Positions 56,964-64,000 of a stretch of 64,000 nt of DNA are shown piece by piece (the stretch's first letter is position 1; every line of letters begins with the position of its first letter). The stretch comes from an uncultured Bacteroidales bacterium. GTDB taxonomy: Bacteria > Bacteroidota > Bacteroidia > Bacteroidales > JAGOPY01. The position numbers and the translations under genes are program-made. The stretch spans positions 22,484-86,483 of the forward strand of contig CAYUQP010000015.1 of assembly GCA_964447005.1 (NCBI GenBank), written 5' to 3'. The notes below the pieces were generated by a model, which saw only the letters and a list, made by a program, of their open reading frames with translations, made no database searches and was not told the origin of the DNA.

Positions 56964-58334
56964 TCAGTTCCCGGATTCAGCATCCGGCTGGATTTTGTTC
57001 AATGTAACCATTACCCGTTTGATCCTTCGCTGGTCAACCGCTTTAACCGTAAATATAAACTGACGGTAAATGACTTTTTCGCCCCGTTGAGGCATTTTCT
57101 GCAACAGTTCGAGCAAAAGGCCGGCCAATGAATCGGAGTCACCCCTGGCCTCATCAAATGTATCATCCTCAATGCCAAGAATTTTGCACAGATCATTCAG
57201 TGAAGTTTTTCCTTCGAAGATGTAATTGTAATCATCAATCCGGGTATATTCAAAATCACCAACAGGCTCATCATGTTCATCACTGATCTCGCCGACAATT
57301 TCTTCCAGGATATCCTCCAGGGTAACGATGCCTGAAGTCCCTCCAAATTCATCCACAACGACAGCCATGTGGACTTTCTTTTCCTGGAATTCCTGGAGCA
57401 GGTCGTTGATCTTTTTATTTTCAGGGACGAACAACGCGTCTTTTAACAAACCGCTCCAGTTAAACTCATCATTTTCATCCAGATGAGGCAGCAGGTCCTT
57501 GATATACAGTATACCTTTTATATTATCGAACGAGTCGTCATAGGCCGGGACCCGTGAATAACCGGCTTCCACGACAATTTTTAGCAGTTCGCGGAACCTT
57601 GTGCTGAGATCGACGGCTGTTACATCCACCCTGGATTTCATGATCTCCTTCACTTCGATATCCCCGAATTTGACGATACCCTGCAGGATCTTTTTATCCT
57701 CTTCGGGGGTGTCATGGCCGGCCGTGAGTTCTATCGCGTCGGATAATTCGCTCATCGAAACATCGTAGGCCCTTCTGCTGATCCGTTTGTCGATCAGGTT
57801 GGTGGAGTGCACCAGCATACTGCTGAGAGGATAAAAGATTTTCATAGCGATCCGGACCGGTCCCGCCATAAACCTTGCCATAACAAGGCTGTTCTGGGTC
57901 GCGTAAACTTTAGGCATGATCTCGCCGAAAAGAACGATCAGGGAAGTGACCAGGACTACCTGGATCAGAAAGGCCAGCCAGTATGGGAAACGATTGAAAT
58001 CGAAGAGGTTATTTGTAACATAGGTCGAAATGATCGCAATGGCTACGTTGATAAAGTTATTGGTGATCAAAAGCGTCGCCAGCAATCTTTTGGGCGTGTC
58101 AAGCAAAAGCAATACCAGGCGGTCGGATCTGTCCTGCTTTACCCGGAGCTCATGCAATTGGTTCGGGCCAAGCGAAAAGAAGGAAACCTCAGCTGCAGCA
58201 GTCAGCGCCGATCCGATCAGCAATATCAGTATCGCAACAAAACCGGCAATGATCCCGAAAGACACGTTGATCGTGCCGGCTTGCAGCAACACCATCGTTA
58301 TCATAGAAAATGGATCAGGAACAACAGTATCCAA
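56964..58334 (-). CDS. gldE: GldE (CNNM/CBS/CorC-HlyC protein)
   Basis: DUF21 TM region, CBS pair, [10 protein letters not shown], CorC domain; adjacent to gldD. Confidence 0.93.
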   Translation of the reverse strand: MDTVVPDPFSMITMVLLQAGTINVSFGIIAGFVAILILLIGSALTAAAEVSFFSLGPNQLHELRVKQDRSDRLVLLLLDTPKRLLATLLITNNFINVAIAIISTYVTNNLFDFNRFPYWLAFLIQVVLVTSLIVLFGEIMPKVYATQNSLVMARFMAGPVRIAMKIFYPLSSMLVHSTNLIDKRISRRAYDVSMSELSDAIELTAGHDTPEEDKKILQGIVKFGDIEVKEIMKSRVDVTAVDLSTRFRELLKIVVEAGYSRVPAYDDSFDNIKGILYIKDLLPHLDENDEFNWSGLLKDALFVPENKKINDLLQEFQEKKVHMAVVVDEFGGTSGIVTLEDILEEIVGEISDEHDEPVGDFEYTRIDDYNYIFEGKTSLNDLCKILGIEDDTFDEARGDSDSLAGLLLELLQKMPQRGEKVIYRQFIFTVKAVDQRRIKRVMVTLNKIQPDAESGN

Positions 58335-58374
58335 GGGTATGAGTAATTGTTTCAGGTTGCAAAGGTAGGAAAAA

Positions 58375-58517
58375 AGTCATTAGTCGTTAGTCATTGGTCG
58401 TTAGTCATTGGTCGTTAGTCAATAGTCATTGCTTGTATATAAAAATATGTTTAGACTTATGATTTGCAAATAACCAGTGACCAAAGACCAAAGACTAAGG
58501 ACTAATGACTAATGACT
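58375..58517. repeat. Inverted pair of heptamer arrays (TTAGTCA/TTGGTCG versus TGACTAA/AGACCAA)
   Basis: Left array 58375-58431 is the imperfect reverse complement of right array 58477-58517. Confidence 0.85.
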
Positions 58518-58518
58518 C

Positions 58519-58974
58519 TCAGAACGGCAGGTCATCCTCCGGCTGCTCTGGAGTCACTTCCGAATGCTGTTCAGCCGGTTCCGTGTGTGCGGCCTTCTCC
58601 GTCCTCGTTGCACCGTTGTTTTCCGCGCCGGCCTGCTGGTCACGCTTGCTGCTGAGCATAACCATATTATCGCCGATGATCTCGGTAATGAAACGCCGGT
58701 TCCCCTCTTTATCGGTATACTCGCGCGTTTTGATCTTGCCTTCAAGATAAATGGTGCTTCCTTTTTTAAGGTAAGAATCGGCAACATCCGCCAGTCCACG
58801 CCATAAAACAATATTATGCCACTCGGTCTGGTCGATCCTCTCCCCGCTTTTACCTTTGTAAGTTTCTGTCGTGGCGAGGGAAAAGCTCGCCTTTTTGACA
58901 CCTCCTTCCAAATTCCTGATCTCAGGGTCCTTACCAAGATTTCCGATCAAAATTACCCTGTTAACTCCTGCCAT
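58519..58974 (-). CDS. ssb: Single-stranded DNA-binding protein
   Basis: VNRVILIGNLGKDPE, acidic tail DDLPF. Confidence 0.98.
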   Translation of the reverse strand: MAGVNRVILIGNLGKDPEIRNLEGGVKKASFSLATTETYKGKSGERIDQTEWHNIVLWRGLADVADSYLKKGSTIYLEGKIKTREYTDKEGNRRFITEIIGDNMVMLSSKRDQQAGAENNGATRTEKAAHTEPAEQHSEVTPEQPEDDLPF

Positions 58975-59046
58975 AATCTTTAATTTTTAAATGTTAATGA
59001 ATGGTTTAATTTCACAAAATTAGTCATTAAGAGCGACTTCTGCTTA

Positions 59047-60132
59047 TTAATCCGGAATTTTCGAAAATATACCCGGTTGTCCGGCAACTTTTTTTAAAAA
59101 TTTTTCTATCAGCCTGGGAACCGGGTAGTTATGGATATCCATAAATGGGATCCGTATGTAATCATTGTTAAAATATTCATCGGAATGAATGATTAAAAAC
59201 CTGGCAAAGAGTTCACGGTGGGAAAGCAGGTACCTGGGAAAATTGATCGATTGTTCAATTGTTAAAGGATATTTCCCGGATATTTTTTTCCAGCTTTTCA
59301 GCTCCAGGAATTGTTCATCATTAGTTTCAGTCTCAGTTTCTATCAGCGGAAAATCATAAAGGTTCTTCCAGATATCATTTCCCTTTCGCTTATTGATCCA
59401 GACTGATAGATCAGGATTGTTTCGGGAATATATAATAAGGTAGTGGAAATATCTTTTTGCCACTCTTACCGGTTTCTTTACTAACGGTAGTTCGCTGGTA
59501 AGCCTTTTCCTGCATGCAACACATTTTTCCGACAGCGGGCATCGTTCGCAAAGTGGCCGGGCCGGTTTGCACACCAGGGCACCGAGTTCCATGACCGCCT
59601 GGTTGAAAATCCCGGGCCGTTCCGGGTCCAGTTGATGCTCCAGGAACTCCCTGACCTGTTTTTTGCCGGGGGCGTAACTGACCGGCTCCTTAATGCCTTT
59701 GTACCGGGCCACAACGCGCATAACATTCCCGTCGATCACCGGATGGGGCTGGTTAAAGGCAATCGAAGCAATTGCACCGGCAGAATAATCACCAACGCCT
59801 TTCAGGCGCCTGATATCATCATATTTCACCGGGAAAACAGAATCATGGTCGTGAACGATACTTTTAGCCGCCTCGTGCAGGTTCCTGGCCCTGGTATAAT
59901 ACCCCAGCCCCTGCCAAAGTTTCATCACTTCCTCTTCCTGCGCCATGGCAAGGGAATCTACATCAGGAAACCGTTCCAGGAACCGCTGGTAATAATCAAG
60001 TCCTTGATCGACGCGGGTTTGCTGCAGGATCACTTCGGAAATCCAGATACGGTAAGGATCGGAAGTATGCCGCCAGGGGAGATCACGTTTGTTTTGGCTA
60101 TACCAGTCTAATATAAGGTGACGAAAACCCAT
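59047..60132 (-). CDS. mutY: A/G-specific adenine glycosylase
   Basis: WISEVILQQT, LGYYTRARNL, HhH motif GVGDYSA, 4Fe-4S motif CKPARPLCERCPLSEKC. Confidence 0.97.
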   Translation of the reverse strand: MGFRHLILDWYSQNKRDLPWRHTSDPYRIWISEVILQQTRVDQGLDYYQRFLERFPDVDSLAMAQEEEVMKLWQGLGYYTRARNLHEAAKSIVHDHDSVFPVKYDDIRRLKGVGDYSAGAIASIAFNQPHPVIDGNVMRVVARYKGIKEPVSYAPGKKQVREFLEHQLDPERPGIFNQAVMELGALVCKPARPLCERCPLSEKCVACRKRLTSELPLVKKPVRVAKRYFHYLIIYSRNNPDLSVWINKRKGNDIWKNLYDFPLIETETETNDEQFLELKSWKKISGKYPLTIEQSINFPRYLLSHRELFARFLIIHSDEYFNNDYIRIPFMDIHNYPVPRLIEKFLKKVAGQPGIFSKIPD

Positions 60133-60263
60133 CCGTTTTGAAACAAATTATTATTGAGCTAATTAGAACAATTTTTTTTTGATTGTGTTGAATCGGCAAA
60201 TGAAAATAAATTATCTTTGCCGTCTTTAAAAAAATAAGTTAAAAATCTAAAATTTATTTAGTT

Positions 60264-60554
60264 ATGACCAAAGCAGAAATCGTTGCTGAAATAGCAAACA
60301 AAACAGGGATTGAGAAAGTTGCAGTTCAGGCCAGTGTTGAAGCTTTCATGGAAGCCGTGAAGAACTCACTTGCTAACGGGGAAAATGTTTACCTGAGGGG
60401 ATTCGGCAGCTTTACAATCAAGAAGAGGGCTGAAAAGACCGGTCGGAATATTTCAAGGAACACCACGATCATTATCCCGGCACACAACATCCCGGCGTTC
60501 AAACCGGCCAAGACCTTTGTCAGTGAGGTGAAAGGTAACGTTAAAGTAAAGTAA
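60264..60554 (+). CDS. hup: DNA-binding protein HU
   Basis: MTKAEIV, VYLRGFGSF, GRNIS, PAFKP; promoter TATCTTTG at 60212-60219. Confidence 0.95.
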   Translation: MTKAEIVAEIANKTGIEKVAVQASVEAFMEAVKNSLANGENVYLRGFGSFTIKKRAEKTGRNISRNTTIIIPAHNIPAFKPAKTFVSEVKGNVKVK

Positions 60555-60573
60555 TCCATTAAAACTGCTTAAA

Positions 60574-60663
60574 ATGCCCAGCGGGAAGAAAAGAAAAAGA
60601 CACAAGATGGCTACACACAAACGCAAAAAGCGTTTGAGAAAGAACAGGCACAAGAAGAAATAG
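60574..60663 (+). CDS. 29-aa basic ribosomal protein bS22 (below the ORF-track cutoff)
   Basis: MPSGKKRKRHKMATHKRKKRLRKNRHKKK, located between hup and rng. Confidence 0.85.
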   Translation: MPSGKKRKRHKMATHKRKKRLRKNRHKKK

Positions 60664-60742
60664 GCCACAAACCCATTTTGCCCTATGTTCTTGATACCAT
60701 CCGGCTTTAAGCTCCCAGGATGTTATATCACTAAACAACTTC

Positions 60743-62353
60743 ATGGTGGATAGGGAATTGATTATCGACGCGAAGTCAGGAGAAGTTGAAATAGCTTTAC
60801 TTGAAGACAAGGTACTTGTCGAACTTCAAAAAGAAAAAAGCAATCAAGGCTTTCAGGTTGGCGACATTTATCTCGGCAAGGTTCATAAGATCATGCCCGG
60901 GCTAAATGCCGCTTTTGTTGACGTGGGCTATGAGAAAGATGCATTTTTGCACTACCTCGACCTCGGCCCGCAAATCCGGTCGCTCAGCAAGTTCATCAAG
61001 CTGGCAATGGCCGGCAAAGGTCAGAAAATACCCCTGGAGCAGTTCATTGCCGAAGAGGATATTGAGAAAACCGGGAAAATCTCCCAGGTCCTGAAAGTTA
61101 ACCAGCCGGTACTGGTCCAGATAGAGAAAGAGCCCATCTCTTCAAAAGGCCCCAGGATCTCCTGCGAAATCTCATTCGCGGGCAGGTTCCTGGTGCTGGT
61201 CCCCTTCTCCAACCGGATCAGCGTATCCACGCGGATCAAATCGGTGGAAGAAAGGAACCGGCTGAAAAGGCTTATCACCAGTATCAAGCCAAAAAATTTC
61301 GGGGTCATTATCCGGACGGTCGCCGAAGGAAAAATGGTCGCGGAACTTGACGCGGACCTGAAAAACCTTGTGGCGAAATGGCACGAACTGGTGACCAAGC
61401 TCAACATGGCCAAACCCTCTTTTAAGGCCCACAGTGAACTGGACCGCACTTCAGTCATTTTGCGTGACATTCTGAATGAATCGTTTAACTCCATTACAGT
61501 TAACGACCATTCATTGTTTGAAGAGATTCGGAATTATATCGGGAAGATCGCGCCGAAAAAGGTGGACATTGTCAAATTTTACCGCGGTCGGGTCCCCATC
61601 TACGAGTTTTTTGGTGTTGATAAACAGATCAAGAATGCGTTCGGGAAGACGGTCAGCATCAAATCCGGCATTTACCTGATCGTGGAACATACCGAAGCCA
61701 TGCATGTCATCGACGTGAACAGCGGCCACCGGTCGCGAAAGGAAAATTCCCAGGAAGAGAATGCCCTGGCGGTCAATATGGAAGCAGCCATTGAGATTGC
61801 ACGGCAGTTGAGGCTCCGCGATATGGGCGGCATAATTGTCATCGATTTCATCGACATGCATGAATCGGGTCACCGCCGCCAGCTTTTCCAAAAGCTCAAG
61901 GACGAAATGGCAAAGGACCATGCAAAGCATACCATCCTCCCACCGAGTAAATTTGGTCTTGTTCAGGTTACACGCCAGCGGGTAAGGCCGGAAAACGAGA
62001 TCGAAGTCCTGGAAAATTGTCCTGCCTGTAAAGGCTCCGGCCAGATCAGGTCCAGCTCCCTGCTCCTCGATGAGATCGAAGCGAACATCCGGCAGCTAAT
62101 TACCGAACAGAACGAATCCTACATCAGGATCACTCTTCATCCTTTTATCTATGCCTACCTTACCAAAGGATTCCCGTCCACACAGATGAAATGGTACATG
62201 AAGTACAAGAAATGGATCCGCCTGGAACCGGTCACATCACATCATTTCCTTGAATATCACTTCTTTAACAGGATCGAGGACGAAATTAAGCTGAACGGCG
62301 AACTGCCCAAAGGTGCGCTGCTCGACAGCCAGCCGGTGGAACCGGAGGAGTAG
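60743..62353 (+). CDS. rng: Ribonuclease E/G family
   Basis: S1 domain GDIYLGKV...AAFVDVG, IDVNSG, DMGGIIVIDFIDM, CPAC motif. Confidence 0.96.
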   Translation: MVDRELIIDAKSGEVEIALLEDKVLVELQKEKSNQGFQVGDIYLGKVHKIMPGLNAAFVDVGYEKDAFLHYLDLGPQIRSLSKFIKLAMAGKGQKIPLEQFIAEEDIEKTGKISQVLKVNQPVLVQIEKEPISSKGPRISCEISFAGRFLVLVPFSNRISVSTRIKSVEERNRLKRLITSIKPKNFGVIIRTVAEGKMVAELDADLKNLVAKWHELVTKLNMAKPSFKAHSELDRTSVILRDILNESFNSITVNDHSLFEEIRNYIGKIAPKKVDIVKFYRGRVPIYEFFGVDKQIKNAFGKTVSIKSGIYLIVEHTEAMHVIDVNSGHRSRKENSQEENALAVNMEAAIEIARQLRLRDMGGIIVIDFIDMHESGHRRQLFQKLKDEMAKDHAKHTILPPSKFGLVQVTRQRVRPENEIEVLENCPACKGSGQIRSSSLLLDEIEANIRQLITEQNESYIRITLHPFIYAYLTKGFPSTQMKWYMKYKKWIRLEPVTSHHFLEYHFFNRIEDEIKLNGELPKGALLDSQPVEPEE

Positions 62354-62476
62354 CGAGAGTCCTTAGTCGATAGTCTTGAGTCTTTAGTCTGAAGTTTTTA
62401 ATTTTTATTTTCAGTTTTAGTTGTCTTTCTGTTAGGGATTGCTTTACTTTGCTGCACTAACCAAACTAAAACTGCT

Positions 62477-63625
62477 ATGAAAAAACTATTTCTGGCTGTG
62501 GTGATGACCACAGCATTCGGTCTCAGCCTTTTATCCCAGGTTCCTTCTGTAAGTATTAAGATCGACACCGCCGAACGGTTCCGCTTTGAAGGAAACCGAC
62601 TGAATTTCCTGAACCCAGGCCGAAACGTACTGATCGGCGACAGTACAGGGTTTAAAATGGATCCTTCTGCTTCCGGTAATGTTTACATCGGGGATTTAAC
62701 AGGACAATGGGATACAATGGGATTTTACAATACATTTATCGGCAGCCAGGCAGGCTATTCCAACAGGACCGGTATCCGAAACACCTTTCTGGGTTTTGGG
62801 GCCGGACAAGGTAATTCGTCGGGGGCTCGGAACACTTTTGTCGGGATGTGGGCTGGTGCTACAAACTTCGATGGATCACATAACACTTACATCGGCAGAA
62901 ATACTGCGTTTTACAACCAAAACGGTTACGGAAATGTATTTATCGGGGATAATGCAGGAGTTTTTGAATTAGGTTCCAATATGCTGTATATCGCCAACAC
63001 AAACACAACCACACCGCTAATCTATGGTGAATTCGACAATGCTTTCCTTCGGTTCAACGCCTACAACACTGAGTCAACCGGTGATTTTATGTCCTACGGC
63101 AAAGTCAGGGCCAACGACGTGTTCAGCCATAACGGAACGCCGGGCATCTCTGACACGGCAAATTATGTGACCAACATCGATTTCCAGAATGGCATGCTAA
63201 AATACAGGACCGTAGTCTATTCAGGTGGTATTGCGACTTACAACAGCGACGAATCGGGCTGGGTGACCCAGGTCGGCGATCCGATTTTCCTCTGCGGCCA
63301 GATATCCCTCATTGGTGAATTCAGCGGTTGGTCGCTTGATCATTTAATGACAAGAGACATCAATAATCCTGATCTCTGGACAACCACCATGTACCTGACT
63401 GCAGAAAACGATTTCATGCCCCAGGATGGCCTCGTTGAGATGAAATTCCGCGAAAACCAGGACTGGTCAGTCAACTGGGGATCCGATCTGTTTCCTTCCG
63501 GAACAGCTATCCCCCTTGGCCCCAACATTCCGGTACCACTCAACATAAACTTCACGACGACCATTTACGAAATCGCGTTCAACTGCAAAACCGGGGAGTT
63601 TACGTTTACGGATGTGTCGCAGTAG
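62477..63625 (+). CDS. Secreted protein with ~7 NTFxG..AG 17-residue beta-roll repeats fused to a C-terminal SusE/F-like module
   Basis: Signal peptide; repeats such as NTFIGSQAG and NTFLGFGAG; aa 273-382 match the modules of 6457..9753. Confidence 0.85.
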   Translation: MKKLFLAVVMTTAFGLSLLSQVPSVSIKIDTAERFRFEGNRLNFLNPGRNVLIGDSTGFKMDPSASGNVYIGDLTGQWDTMGFYNTFIGSQAGYSNRTGIRNTFLGFGAGQGNSSGARNTFVGMWAGATNFDGSHNTYIGRNTAFYNQNGYGNVFIGDNAGVFELGSNMLYIANTNTTTPLIYGEFDNAFLRFNAYNTESTGDFMSYGKVRANDVFSHNGTPGISDTANYVTNIDFQNGMLKYRTVVYSGGIATYNSDESGWVTQVGDPIFLCGQISLIGEFSGWSLDHLMTRDINNPDLWTTTMYLTAENDFMPQDGLVEMKFRENQDWSVNWGSDLFPSGTAIPLGPNIPVPLNINFTTTIYEIAFNCKTGEFTFTDVSQ

Positions 63626-63712
63626 TTCCAGAGTTCCAGAGTTCCTAATATCTAATTTCCATTTTCGGCTTGGTCTTGAGTTGGGATTTTTGGTTTTGAG
63701 TTTGGGTTCAGC
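63626..63712. repeat. Short tandem repeats after the stop (AGTTCCAG, TTTGAGT/TTTGGGT)
   Basis: Read directly from the sequence. Confidence 0.6.
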
Positions 63713-63868
63713 GTTGAATGCGCTCTGATATAATCTTATATCTCTATAAATGTTATCAAAATTCATTATAAATTACTGATATTTATTAACATATCGTATT
63801 ACCCCCCCTGTTTTTCCGATTAATTCCTGTTTTGAGCCGCTCCTTTTTTTCATTCAAATGATCATGCC

Positions 63869-64000
63869 ATGAAAACATTAATCCAAAACCTTAGCGCTTT
63901 CTTCCTGGTCCTTGCAGTTTTTTCGGATGCAATTAGCCAGGAAATAGAAATTGATCTTACCTTTACAGGTGACACGGTAATTAATCCTTTTGAGAACATT
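63869..64000 (+). CDS. 5' end of a secreted protein running off the window
   Basis: MKTLIQNLSAFFLVLAVFSDAISQEIE..., signal-peptide-like and open to the window end. Confidence 0.6.
   Translation, partial: MKTLIQNLSAFFLVLAVFSDAISQEIEIDLTFTGDTVINPFENI

Noticed and set aside
56352-58334. gldDE as evidence of gliding motility
   Set aside because: Core housekeeping synteny that also occurs in non-gliding Bacteroidota; no gldJ/K/L/M/N or sprB in this window
62477-63625. Prophage tail-fibre remnant
   Set aside because: It has a signal peptide, no phage genes nearby and no S74 domain
1-64000. tRNA, rRNA and known riboswitches (TPP, cobalamin, SAM)
   Set aside because: No recognisable signatures by eye; an Infernal/tRNAscan run would be needed to exclude them formally

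Overview
Chromosomal window from a Bacteroidota bacterium, probably an environmental anaerobic Bacteroidales. The assignment rests on SusC/SusD, six T9SS C-terminal-domain proteins, many TAnnTTTG promoters and the gldD-gldE-ssb-mutY-HU-bS22-rng synteny. From left to right: hypA; a T9SS protein followed by a PID-CTERM microprotein; a ~28 kb starch/maltose/trehalose locus (3.2-31.8 kb) with SusCD, six GH13 enzymes, a T9SS-secreted non-catalytic multi-module scaffold, a beta-PGM-GH65 fusion and a MalT-like MFS transporter; a Crp/Fnr-linked cytochrome cluster (32-38.7 kb) with 21 c-heme motifs; rpoN; a low-GC islet between rpoN and asnS (intact IS3, S8 protease, second T9SS protein); housekeeping genes; and a beta-roll protein carrying the same module as the starch scaffold 53 kb away. 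The strongest candidate for an undescribed system is the cytochrome cluster. It combines an ImcH-like protein, a split CbcL-like pair, a beta-barrel and two cytochrome lipoproteins, which together resemble a Geobacter-style trans-envelope electron conduit behind a perfect FNR box. Intergenic DNA is rich in REP-like palindromes, nested inverted repeats and 7/8-nt tandem repeats, and some of these lie in frame inside genes. No rRNA, tRNA or CRISPR array was seen. All family assignments are from motif recognition by eye; no database search was run.
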